From Gaiellaceae bacterium (lineage in GTDB: Bacteria > Actinomycetota > Thermoleophilia > Gaiellales > Gaiellaceae), in contig DASRCL010000005.1 of the NCBI GenBank assembly GCA_035653115.1, positions 32,376-96,375 of the forward strand: a stretch of 64,000 nucleotides of DNA. The letters are read 5' to 3'. Positions 52,365 through 60,978 of the stretch are shown in pieces. Both the position numbers and the translations under genes were made by a program. The notes under the pieces are model-generated. The model was not told the origin of the DNA and made no database searches. It saw nothing but the letters and a program-made list of their open reading frames with translations. How positions within the stretch are numbered: the first letter of the stretch is position 1; every line of letters starts with the position of its first letter.

Positions 52365-53666
52365 TCACGACGCCTCCACGACCATGCCGGCGCCGACGGT
52401 GTCGTTCGTCGCCTCGTCGACGACGATGAAGGCGCCGGTCGCCCGGTTGCGCGCGTACGGGTCGACCATCAGCGGCTCGGCGAGGCGGAAACGAACGACG
52501 CCGAGGTCGTTCAGCTCCATGCGCCCCGGCAGCGGACGGTCCTCGAGCGTCGCGATGTCGACTACCGAGACGACCTCGTCGGCGCGCGCCGCGACCGTGC
52601 GCGTCGTCTGCTTGACGAGCAGGCGCGCGCGCTCCTCGAGCGGCCGGTCGCTCATCCAGCACACGCGCGCGAGCAGCTCGCGCGCGACGGAGGGCGGCGA
52701 CGCGGGATCGGCGAGCATGTCCCCGCGCGAGACGTCGACGTCGTCGGCCAGCCGCAGCGTGACCGACTGCCCGGGCAGCGCCTCTTCGAGCTCCACGCCG
52801 GCAGCCTCGACCGAGGCGACGCGGCTGCGCAGGCCCGAGGGAAGGACGACGACCTCGTCGCCCGCGCGCCAGTCGCCGCTCGCCACCTGCCCGGCGTAGC
52901 CCCGGTAGTCGTGGAACTCGTCGGCCATCGGCCGGATCACCCACTGAACCGGGAACCGGCGGTCGTCGTGGTTGCGGTCGGCGGCGATCTCGACGCCCTC
53001 GAGATGCTCGAGCAGCGTCGGCCCGGCGTACCACGGCATCGCGTGCGTCGCCTCGACCACGTTGTCGCCGCGCAGCGCGCTGATCGGGATCACCTGCGCG
53101 TCGTGCAGTCCGAGGCGGGAGCCGAGGCCGGCGAGGTCGCGCGCGATCTCGTCGAAGCGTTCCTCGGCGAAGTCGACGAGGTCCATCTTGTTGACGGCGA
53201 AGACGACGTGCGGGAGCTCGAGCATCGCGGCGATGTACGAGTGGCGGCGCGTCTGCTCGACGACGCCCTTGCGCGCGTCCACGAGGATCACCGCGAGGTC
53301 GGCGGTCGAGGCGCCCGTGACCATGTTGCGCGTGTACTGGACGTGGCCGGGCGCGTCCGCGAGCTGGAACCGCCTGCGCGGCGTGACGAACGAGCGGTAG
53401 GCGACGTCGATCGTGATCCCCTGCTCGCGCTCGGCACGCAGACCGTCCGTCAGCAGCGCGAGGTCGACGTAGTCGTAGCCTCGGCGCCGCGACGCGTCCT
53501 CGATGTGCTCGAGCTGGTCGGCGAGGATCTGCTTCGTGTCGTAGAGCAGCCGCCCGATCAGCGTCGACTTGCCGTCGTCCACCGACCCCGCGGTGACGAG
53601 ACGGAGGAGCTCGGTGTCCGACAGGGTGCCCGTCAGCTCGACCGCGGGATCAGAAGTACCCGACAC
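52365..53666 (-). CDS. cysN: sulfate adenylyltransferase subunit 1 (GTPase); no fused APS-kinase domain
   Basis: Contains GSVDDGKSTLIGRLL (G1), DAPGH (G3) and NKMD (G4). 433 aa, so no CysC fusion. The GTG start overlaps the cysD stop by 17 nt. Confidence 0.93.
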   Translation of the reverse strand: MSGTSDPAVELTGTLSDTELLRLVTAGSVDDGKSTLIGRLLYDTKQILADQLEHIEDASRRRGYDYVDLALLTDGLRAEREQGITIDVAYRSFVTPRRRFQLADAPGHVQYTRNMVTGASTADLAVILVDARKGVVEQTRRHSYIAAMLELPHVVFAVNKMDLVDFAEERFDEIARDLAGLGSRLGLHDAQVIPISALRGDNVVEATHAMPWYAGPTLLEHLEGVEIAADRNHDDRRFPVQWVIRPMADEFHDYRGYAGQVASGDWRAGDEVVVLPSGLRSRVASVEAAGVELEEALPGQSVTLRLADDVDVSRGDMLADPASPPSVARELLARVCWMSDRPLEERARLLVKQTTRTVAARADEVVSVVDIATLEDRPLPGRMELNDLGVVRFRLAEPLMVDPYARNRATGAFIVVDEATNDTVGAGMVVEAS

Positions 53667-54567
53667 GCTTGCGGTCCTCCATCGCCGCCTCGGAGACGCG
53701 GTCGTCGGCGCGCGTCTCGCCGCGCTCCGTGACGCGGGTCGCGGCGATCTCGCCGACGACCTCGTCGAGCGTCGCCGCCTCGCTGAGCACGCCGCCGGTG
53801 CAGGTCATGTCGCCGACGGTGCGGAAGCGGACCGTCGCGGTGAAGGGCTCCTCGTCGGGATACCGCTCGACGAAGGGCGAGACGGCGTAGAGCATCCCGT
53901 CGCGCCTGAACACGTCGCGCTCGTGCGCGAAGTAGATCGAGGGCAGCTCGAGGTTCTCGCGTGCGACGTACTGCCACACGTCGAGCTCCGTCCAATTCGA
54001 GATCGGGAAGACGCGGATGTGCTCGCCCTTGCGGATGCGCGCGTTGTAGAGGTTCCAGAGCTCGGGGCGCTGGGCGCGCGGGTTCCACTGCCCGAAGTCG
54101 TCGCGGAAGCTGAAGATGCGCTCCTTCGCGCGCGCGCGCTCCTCGTCGCGGCGCGCGCCGCCCATCGCCGCGTCGAATCCGTGCTCCTCGATCGCGTCGA
54201 GCAGCGTCACCGTCTGGAGCTGGTTGCGCGACGCGCGCGGGCCGGTCTGGTCGCGCACGCGCCCGCGGTCGATCGAGTCCTGCACGCTCGCGACGACGAG
54301 GCGCTCGCCCAGCTCCGCCACGCGCCGATCGCGGAACTCGATCACCTCCGGGAAGTTGTGGCCGGTGTCGACGTGCATGATCGGGAACGGGAACCGCGCC
54401 GGACGGAACGCCTTCTCCGCGAGCCGCAGCAGCACGATCGAGTCCTTGCCCCCCGAGAAGAGCAGCACGGGGCGCTCCCGCTCGGCGGCGACCTCGCGCA
54501 TGATGTGGATCGCCTCCGACTCGAGCTCGTCGAGGTGCGACAGCGTCCTGCGTGCGAGCACGCTCAC
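53650..54567 (-). CDS. cysD: sulfate adenylyltransferase subunit 2
   Basis: GTG 54567 forms a GTGA overlap. Contains the PP-loop LFSGGKDSIVLL, HVDTGHNFPE, and C-terminal RADDRVSEAAMEDRKRVGYF. Confidence 0.93.
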   Translation of the reverse strand: MSVLARRTLSHLDELESEAIHIMREVAAERERPVLLFSGGKDSIVLLRLAEKAFRPARFPFPIMHVDTGHNFPEVIEFRDRRVAELGERLVVASVQDSIDRGRVRDQTGPRASRNQLQTVTLLDAIEEHGFDAAMGGARRDEERARAKERIFSFRDDFGQWNPRAQRPELWNLYNARIRKGEHIRVFPISNWTELDVWQYVARENLELPSIYFAHERDVFRRDGMLYAVSPFVERYPDEEPFTATVRFRTVGDMTCTGGVLSEAATLDEVVGEIAATRVTERGETRADDRVSEAAMEDRKRVGYF

Positions 54568-55244
54568 GCCGGCTTCCCCTTGCTCACGTGGATGCCGCAC
54601 TCGATCCGGCCCGTGCCCGCCCAGCGGCCCTCGCGGCCGACCCCCGGCTCCGTCGAGTGCGTGTCGCCGATCGACGCGTAGCCGCGGTCGTGGAGCGCGT
54701 GGTACGGCAGGCCGCGCTCCCTGATGTACCGCCAGCAGTCGTCGTCGCTCCAGTCGGCGAGCGGGTTCGCCTTCCAGAGCTCGTGCACCTCGTCCCAGCC
54801 GAGCTTCGCCGCGTTCGCGCGCGTCGGCGCCTGCTCGCGGCGGACGCCCGTGATCCAGCAGTCGAGGCCGAGCAGCGCGCGGTTGAGCGGCTCGACCTTC
54901 GCGACAGCGAGGTAGAGGTCGGGATCGCGCTCCCAGAGCCGCTCGCCGTGCCGCGCCGCGAGCTCCTCGGGCGAGGGGCCCTCGAACACCTCGATCGTCG
55001 TCGCGTAGCGGCGCTCGACCTCGCGCCAGAGCTCGTACGTCTCCGGGAAGAGGTAGTGGGTATCGATCGCGAACACGCGCGCGTTCGGCTCGAGCCCGAA
55101 GAGCATGTCGAGCAGCACCGACTCCTCCTTCTGGAAGGAGCACGCGAGCGCGACCCGCCCCGGCCACTGCTCCAGGCAGAAGCGGACGACCTCCTCGGCC
55201 GGCATCGCCTCGATCTCAGTCGGCTGCAGATCCAGCGTCTGCAA
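54564..55244 (-). CDS. cysH: phosphoadenosine-phosphosulfate reductase family (PAPS-reductase-type, no Fe-S motif)
   Basis: Contains LACSFQKEESVLLDML and KVEPLNRAL. SIGDTHST takes the place of the SIGC.PCT of APS reductases. The C-terminal ECGIH redox motif is present. The start is TTG 55244 or ATG 55205. Confidence 0.88.
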   Translation of the reverse strand: MQTLDLQPTEIEAMPAEEVVRFCLEQWPGRVALACSFQKEESVLLDMLFGLEPNARVFAIDTHYLFPETYELWREVERRYATTIEVFEGPSPEELAARHGERLWERDPDLYLAVAKVEPLNRALLGLDCWITGVRREQAPTRANAAKLGWDEVHELWKANPLADWSDDDCWRYIRERGLPYHALHDRGYASIGDTHSTEPGVGREGRWAGTGRIECGIHVSKGKPA

Positions 55245-55980
55245 GGAGCACCTCCTTCAACGTGTCGCCGCGCAGCCCGAGCCGCAGCGTCTCGAGCGGG
55301 ATGACCTCTTCGGGCGGGATGTTGCCGAGGTTGACCTCGGGCCCGAAGTGCTTGATGAACCATGCCTGCGACGCCTTCGTCGGCGCCTCCCAGACGAGGT
55401 CGTGGAAGTCGATCGAGTGCGCGATCTCGTCGACGAGCCCGGTGCGCATCTCGCCCGAGGGCCTGAAGATGCCGGCGGTGCCGCCCTCGCGCGACTCCGT
55501 GATCACCTTCCACGCGCCCGCGTCGCGCTCGGCCTTGATCCACTCGACCCACTCGTACGGCGCGAACACGACCTCGGAGTCCTTCGAGCCGACCTCCGAG
55601 AGCACGGTGAAGTCGCGTGCGAAGTCCGCGATCAGCTCGAGCTTGCGCTCGCGCGGCATCTCGACGGTGCCGTCGGAGATCTCGACGTGCGTCAGCCCGA
55701 GGTCGGCGAGCCAGCGCTTGTAGTCGTCGAACGCGCCCTTCGTGTAGACGACCTCGAAGAACGTGCCGCCGATGACGACGCGCTTGTCGCGCAGCACCTC
55801 GAGCTTGCGCCGCAGGTTCGCGGTCACGTAGGCGGTGCCCCAGCCCAGCTTGACGATGTCGACGTAGTCGCCGCAGGTTTCGAGCAGGTCCTCCCACGCG
55901 CGCGGGCCGAGGCCCTTGTCGAGCACGTGCGTCAGGCCGCCGTCGCGCTGCAGGCCGAGGTCGGGCTTAGAGCCGTGCAT
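55216..55980 (-). CDS. comA: (2R)-phospho-3-sulfolactate synthase
   Basis: ATG 55980 is preceded by GGAGGAG. Contains YVDIVKLGWGTAYV, IGGTFFEV, THVEISDGTVEM and LSEVGSKD, the ComA family pattern. Confidence 0.85.
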   Translation of the reverse strand: MHGSKPDLGLQRDGGLTHVLDKGLGPRAWEDLLETCGDYVDIVKLGWGTAYVTANLRRKLEVLRDKRVVIGGTFFEVVYTKGAFDDYKRWLADLGLTHVEISDGTVEMPRERKLELIADFARDFTVLSEVGSKDSEVVFAPYEWVEWIKAERDAGAWKVITESREGGTAGIFRPSGEMRTGLVDEIAHSIDFHDLVWEAPTKASQAWFIKHFGPEVNLGNIPPEEVIPLETLRLGLRGDTLKEVLLADAGSAAD

Positions 55981-56557
55981 GGAGCTCCTCCAGCTTGCGC
56001 CGCGCACGCTCCTGCACGTCCCGGTACAGCGACCCGCCGTGCGCGTCGATGCCGACGATCAGCGGCCCGAAGTCTCGGACGCGGAACTTCCACAGGCACT
56101 CCGGCATCAGGTCCTCCCACGCCACCTCCTCGATCGCCTCGATCTGCGTCGTCTCGAGCGCGGCGGCGCCGCCGACGACCGCGAGGTAGACCATCCCGAG
56201 GTCGCGCATCGTGTCGATGCACTCGTCGGGGAAGCCGCCCTTGCCGCAGATCGCGCGGACGCCGTAGCGCCGGCCGAGCGGCTCAGTGAACCGCGCCATC
56301 CGCGCGCTCGTCGTCGTGCCGATGCAGATCTTCTCGTAGCTGCCGTCGTCGAGCTTGCGGACGTTCGGCGCCGTGTGCAGGAGCAGCGCGCCCGACAGGT
56401 CGATCGGCGGTTCCCGGCCGTCGTCGAAGATGCGGGTCTGCGTGCGGTCGCGGATGCCGATCACGTGGCCCTGCACGACGACCTCGTCGCCCGCGCGCAG
56501 CTTCAGGATCTCGGCCGCGTCGTGGACTGGGAACGTGAGCTCGTGCGTCGTCGTCAT
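55967..56557 (-). CDS. Fe-S type hydro-lyase, beta subunit (class-I fumarate hydratase / tartrate dehydratase C-terminal type)
   Basis: ATG 56557 forms an ATGA overlap. 196 aa with GTTTSARM and ICGKGG, matching the GPTTS.RMD / IGKGG pattern of Fumerase_C. Confidence 0.85.
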   Translation of the reverse strand: MTTTHELTFPVHDAAEILKLRAGDEVVVQGHVIGIRDRTQTRIFDDGREPPIDLSGALLLHTAPNVRKLDDGSYEKICIGTTTSARMARFTEPLGRRYGVRAICGKGGFPDECIDTMRDLGMVYLAVVGGAAALETTQIEAIEEVAWEDLMPECLWKFRVRDFGPLIVGIDAHGGSLYRDVQERARRKLEELHARL

Positions 56558-57453
56558 GCGTCCCTGTCGTAGTGCGTCGCGCCGTCGGCGTCGATCCGCG
56601 CGGAGGCGCGGCGCGCGGCCCAGCACTGGTAGTTGACGGCGACGGGATTGAGGGTCATGTGTGTGTCCGCGTGCTCGACGTGCACCTGCAGCACCGTCAC
56701 GTCGCCGCCGAGGCCCATCGGCCCGATGCCGGTCTCGTTGAGGAGCTCGTACAGCTCGTCCTCGAGCCGCGCGACCACGGGGTCGGGGTTCCGCGTCCCA
56801 ACCGGCCGCATGATCGCCTCTTTCGCGAGGTGCATCGCGTAGTCGGCGGAGCCGCCGATGCCGACGCCCACGATCCCAGGCGGGCACGGCTTGCCGCCGG
56901 CGCCGACGACCGACTCGAGCACGAACTGCTTGACGCCCTTCACGCCGTCGGCGGGGACGCACATCTTCAGAAAACTCATGTTCTCGCTGCCCGACCCCTT
57001 GGGGACGCACTTCAGGTCGAGCGCGTCGCCGTCCGCCACGAACTCCCAGTGCACGATCGGCAGCCGGTAGCCGATGTTCGGCCCCGTGCGCTCACGTGTG
57101 ATCGTGTGCACGGCGTTCGAGCGCAGCGGATGCTCGATCGTGGCGCGCGCGGTGCCGGCGCGCAGCGCCTCGTAGATCCGCGCCGGGTGCAGCGGGAAGT
57201 GCTCGCCGACGGTCGCGTGGTAGACGGCGATGCCGGTGTCCTGGCAGACGAGGTTGCGCTCGTCGTCGGCGACGGCGACGTTGCGATGGATCGTCTCGAG
57301 CACGCGCCGGCCGGTCGGCGAGGTCTCCCGCTCGCGGGCGGCCGCGAGCGCGTCGCGCAGGTCCTGCGGGATGTCCTTGAGCGCCCACACGTACAGGTGC
57401 GCGGCGGCGTCCTCGACGGCGTGCTGCAGGTCGGTGGCGGTGAGCGCCGTCAC
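56554..57453 (-). CDS. Fe-S type hydro-lyase, alpha subunit (class-I fumarate hydratase / tartrate dehydratase N-terminal type)
   Basis: GTG 57453 forms a GTGA overlap. Contains VCQDTGIAV, PKGSGSENMS and KPCPPGIVGVGIGGS, the hallmark cluster-ligand and substrate motifs of class-I fumarase-type enzymes. Confidence 0.87.
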   Translation of the reverse strand: MTALTATDLQHAVEDAAAHLYVWALKDIPQDLRDALAAARERETSPTGRRVLETIHRNVAVADDERNLVCQDTGIAVYHATVGEHFPLHPARIYEALRAGTARATIEHPLRSNAVHTITRERTGPNIGYRLPIVHWEFVADGDALDLKCVPKGSGSENMSFLKMCVPADGVKGVKQFVLESVVGAGGKPCPPGIVGVGIGGSADYAMHLAKEAIMRPVGTRNPDPVVARLEDELYELLNETGIGPMGLGGDVTVLQVHVEHADTHMTLNPVAVNYQCWAARRASARIDADGATHYDRDA

Positions 57454-58643
57454 GCGCGCGCCTTCTCCGCGGCCGCCCGTCCCGCGCGGCGCCCGAAGAC
57501 GACGCACTCGAGCAGGCTGTTGCCCATCATGCGGTTCCGGCCGTGGGTGCCGCCGGCGATCTCGCCGCACGCGAACACGCCTTCGAGCGTCGTCTCTCCG
57601 TGCGCGTCGATGACGAGGCCGCCGTTCTGGTAGTGGAGCACCGGGTAGGTGAGGATCGGCTCCCTGAGCGGGTCGATGCCCGCGCCGCGGTACCTGCGCA
57701 GCATGTAGGGGAGCGACACCTCGGCGTCCGCGCGCGGGATGCGCGTCGTGTCGAGGTAGACGGCAGGGCGTCCGTCGGGCGTGGTGACGCCGAGGCCCTT
57801 GCCGACCTCGTCGAAGATCGCCTGGCTGACCGTGTCGCGCGGGCCGAGCGAGTCGGTGAACTCCTCGCCCTCGGCGTTCAGCAGCACGGCGCCGTACGCG
57901 CGGGTCGTCTCGGGGATCGAGTACCCCTGCATGTTCGGCGGCCACGCGCCGCCGTTCGGGTGGTACTGCAGCGCGTCGAGGTCGCGCGCCTCCGCGCCGG
58001 CCTCGATCGCGAGCCGCGTCACCTCGCCGGTCGCGTTCGGATGGTTCGTCGACAGCTCGCCGCGCCGCTCCGCCTCCGCGTAGCAGCGTCCTCCGGCCGC
58101 GAGCACCAGCGTCGTCGCGCTCAGCTCGTGGTCACCGGCGCGCACGTGCCAGGCGCCGTTGGCGTCGAGCTCGCGCAGCGGCGCGTTGGTGTAGCTCGTC
58201 CCGCCGGAGCCCTCCCACGCCTCGCGCAGCGCCTTCGTGATGGCGTGGCCCGTGCGGTCGCCGACCTGCAGAAGGCGCTTCGCGCTCGCGCCGCCGCAGC
58301 GCGCCAGGCGGTAGCCGCCGTCGGGGTCCCGCGTGAACTCGACCCCCAGCTCCTCGAGCCAGCGGATCGCGCTCCGCGCGTCGCCCGTCAGCGCCTCGAC
58401 CAACGTCGGGTCGGCGGTGTCGTGCGAGCTGCGCATGACGTCGTCCGCGTGCCGTTCCGGCGAATCGTCGGCGCCGAAGGCGGCCTGGATCCCGCCCTGC
58501 GCCTTCGACGAGTTGTTCGCCTGCAGCGACCCCTTGGTCGCGAGCGCGACGCGCGCGCCGGCCCGCTCCGCGGAGACGGCCGCCGCCAGCCCGGCCGCGC
58601 CGGAGCCGACCACAAGCACGTCGAAGTGCGCCTCGCGCGTCAC
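57450..58643 (-). CDS. FAD-dependent oxidoreductase, truncated fumarate-reductase / L-aspartate-oxidase-like flavoprotein
   Basis: Contains DVLVVGSGAAGLAAA, SKAQGGIQA, HPNGG and THGRNRMMGNSLLECVVFGRRAG. At only 397 aa it lacks the C-terminal helical domain of SdhA/FrdA/NadB. Confidence 0.82.
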   Translation of the reverse strand: MTREAHFDVLVVGSGAAGLAAAVSAERAGARVALATKGSLQANNSSKAQGGIQAAFGADDSPERHADDVMRSSHDTADPTLVEALTGDARSAIRWLEELGVEFTRDPDGGYRLARCGGASAKRLLQVGDRTGHAITKALREAWEGSGGTSYTNAPLRELDANGAWHVRAGDHELSATTLVLAAGGRCYAEAERRGELSTNHPNATGEVTRLAIEAGAEARDLDALQYHPNGGAWPPNMQGYSIPETTRAYGAVLLNAEGEEFTDSLGPRDTVSQAIFDEVGKGLGVTTPDGRPAVYLDTTRIPRADAEVSLPYMLRRYRGAGIDPLREPILTYPVLHYQNGGLVIDAHGETTLEGVFACGEIAGGTHGRNRMMGNSLLECVVFGRRAGRAAAEKARA

Positions 58644-58721
58644 GGCTCCGAGAATACCTGAGATTAGAGTTGTTTATGCCTTGTTCAGCGCGCCGGTGGG
58701 CTTTCCGGGGCCCCGGGCTCG
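58644..58721 (-). promoter_or_regulatory. AT-rich putative promoter of the flavoprotein-hydrolyase-comA-cysHDN operon
   Basis: 58651..58690 is about 40% G+C by my count (agaatacctgagattagagttgtttatgccttgttcagcg) in a >70% G+C context. On the reverse strand it carries TGAACA and TAATCT hexamers upstream of GTG 58643. This is not experimentally anchored. Confidence 0.35.
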
Positions 58722-60926
58722 TCAGTCGACCGGGAGCGGCGGTGCGTCGACCCGGCGCTCGCCGTCGATGCGCGGGAGCCACTCGAGCCAGCGCGGGAGG
58801 TACCAGTTCCAGTCGCCGAGCAGCTTCATCACGGCGGGCAGGAGCACCGCCCGCACGACGGTCGCGTCGATCAGAATCGCGGCGCCGAGCCCGAAGCCCA
58901 TCTGCTTGATGTCGATCTCGTGCAGCGTGACGAAGATCGCGAACACCGCGACCATCACGATCGCCGCGCTCGTCACCGTCGCCGCCGTCCGCTTGATCCC
59001 CTGCGCGACCGCCTCCTCCGTCTGCATCCCGCCGTCGACGAGCTCCTTGACCCGGCTGAGGATGAACACGTGGTAGTCCATCGAGAGCCCGAACAGCACG
59101 ACGAACAGGAACAGCGGCAGCCACGAAGCGATCGCGCCGTTCGAGTGGAACTGCAGGATCCCCTGCGCCCAGGTGTGCTGGAAGACGAGCACGAGCAGTC
59201 CGTACGCGGCGCCGGCCGACAGCAGGTTGAGCAGCACCGCCTTCAGCGGGATCACGATCGAACGGAACGTGACGAGCAGCAGCACGAAGCAGAGAAGGAG
59301 CACGAAGCCGAACACGAGCGGGGCGTGCGACTTCATCTGGTCGTTGAAGTCGTGCGTGCCCGCCGTCTCGCCGGTGATCGGCGCGACCACCCCCGGGAGC
59401 GCACCGACCGTGCGCGGCACGATCGTCTGCCGCAGCAGCTCGAGCGCCGCCACCGAGCGGCCGTCGTCGCCGTTGCCGACGAGCGGCAGGTTGACGAGCT
59501 CGACGTCGCCGCGCGGGTTGATCTTCGTCGAGACGGGCTCCTCGACGCGACCCGACGCGAGCGCCTGCCGTTCGAGCGCCGCGATCGCACGCTGCACCGC
59601 CGGCGCGCGCACGTCGGGCGCGCTCACGACGACGTTCGCAGGCGTCTGCGCGCCGGGGAACTCCTTCTGGATCGCCTCGTACGTGCGGACGATCGGGATC
59701 GAGCGCGGAAGGTCGGTGAAGCTCGGCAGCTGCGTGTGCAGCTGGAGCACCGGCACGGCGAGCGCGAGCAACGCGCCGCCGGCGACGATCGCCGAGACCC
59801 ACGGCCGCGCGAGGACGCGTTCGAGCACCCAGCCCCAGAGCCGCGACTCGCGGCCGGTTCGCCGCGCAAGCAGCGGGATCCGACCCTTGTCGACGCGGTC
59901 GCCGAGCTTCGACAGCAGCGCGGGCAGGATCGACAGCGACCCGATCAGCGCCACCGCGACCATCAACATGGCGCCGACGGCGATCGACGTGAAGATCGCG
60001 TTGCCGGTGAAGAGCATCCCGGCCATCGCGATCATGACGGTGCCGCCGGAGATGAGGACGGCGAGGCCCGAAGTGCCGGCGGTCTTCAGCAGCGCGTCGC
60101 GCTTCGAGAGGCCGGCCGCGCGCTCCTCCCGCTCGCGGCGGATGTAGAACAGCGAGTAGTCGACGCCGACCGCCATCCCGATCAGCAGGATCACCGACTG
60201 CGTCGGGTCGCCGGCCGCGAACACGTGGCTCGCCACCGCCGCGAGGCCGATCGTCGCGAGCACGCCCGAGAAGCCGAGCAGCACCGGCAGCCCGGCCGCG
60301 ACGAGCGCGCCGAACGCGAAGATCAGGACGACCAGCGTCACCGGCAGCGACGAGTACTCGGCGCGCTTGAAGTCCTTGCCGAGCGTCTGGTTGAGCACGT
60401 GGTTCGCGCTCGCCTCGCCGAACTCCTCGACGCGGAACGAGGGGTTCGCGCGCTGCACGGCGGCGACGGCGTCGAGCACCGGCTGCACCTTGTCCATCGC
60501 CTTGTCCTGCGCGCCCCGGATCTGGAACTGGACGAGCGCGGCCCGGCCGTCCTTGGAGATCTGACCGCCGTTCCCCGGTGCGAGCGGCGAGCGGACGTTC
60601 GTCACGACCGGTTGCGCCGAGACGGCGGCGACGACCTGCCGCACGACGCGCGCGAAGGCTGGCGCGTGCGGACCGACGGCCGCCGTCCTCGACTCGACGA
60701 GCACGCTCTCACCCGCGCGGCCGGGGAAGCCGGCGGTGGCCAGGATCCGCTCCGCCGCGGCCGTCCCCCCGGACGCCGTCTGCGCCTGCGTCAGCTTGTG
60801 CGTGCCGACGGCGCCGCCGACGACGACGGCGAGGACGCAGAAGAGCACCCACAGCCCGACGGCCGTCTTCCAGTGCGCAGCGCTCCAGCGGCCCGCGCGT
60901 GCGGCGATGTTCGTGCGCCCTCCCAT
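58722..60926 (-). CDS. MMPL family (RND superfamily) transporter
   Basis: 734 aa with a duplicated architecture (TM1, large loop, 5 TM, repeated). Contains GMAVGVDYSLFYIRRERE and GLSMDYHVFILSRVKE, the characteristic MMPL repeats. Confidence 0.9.
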   Translation of the reverse strand: MGGRTNIAARAGRWSAAHWKTAVGLWVLFCVLAVVVGGAVGTHKLTQAQTASGGTAAAERILATAGFPGRAGESVLVESRTAAVGPHAPAFARVVRQVVAAVSAQPVVTNVRSPLAPGNGGQISKDGRAALVQFQIRGAQDKAMDKVQPVLDAVAAVQRANPSFRVEEFGEASANHVLNQTLGKDFKRAEYSSLPVTLVVLIFAFGALVAAGLPVLLGFSGVLATIGLAAVASHVFAAGDPTQSVILLIGMAVGVDYSLFYIRREREERAAGLSKRDALLKTAGTSGLAVLISGGTVMIAMAGMLFTGNAIFTSIAVGAMLMVAVALIGSLSILPALLSKLGDRVDKGRIPLLARRTGRESRLWGWVLERVLARPWVSAIVAGGALLALAVPVLQLHTQLPSFTDLPRSIPIVRTYEAIQKEFPGAQTPANVVVSAPDVRAPAVQRAIAALERQALASGRVEEPVSTKINPRGDVELVNLPLVGNGDDGRSVAALELLRQTIVPRTVGALPGVVAPITGETAGTHDFNDQMKSHAPLVFGFVLLLCFVLLLVTFRSIVIPLKAVLLNLLSAGAAYGLLVLVFQHTWAQGILQFHSNGAIASWLPLFLFVVLFGLSMDYHVFILSRVKELVDGGMQTEEAVAQGIKRTAATVTSAAIVMVAVFAIFVTLHEIDIKQMGFGLGAAILIDATVVRAVLLPAVMKLLGDWNWYLPRWLEWLPRIDGERRVDAPPLPVD

Positions 60927-60978
60927 CCCTGCGACGACGGTAGCGGCTGCGCTCTCGTTCTCGCGGATGATTCTCGGC

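Noticed and set aside
54564-55244. Calling cysH an APS reductase, which would fit the absence of an APS kinase (cysC) in the window.
   Set aside because: The protein has SIGDTHST and lacks the CC...CxxC iron-sulfur cysteines of APS reductases. It looks like the PAPS-reductase type. The kinase may be encoded elsewhere, so this is left open.
58680-58722. CCGGGGCCCCGG palindrome downstream of the MMPL gene as a terminator.
   Set aside because: It is a 6-bp GC stem without a loop or U-tract. Such palindromes are expected by chance at this GC content.
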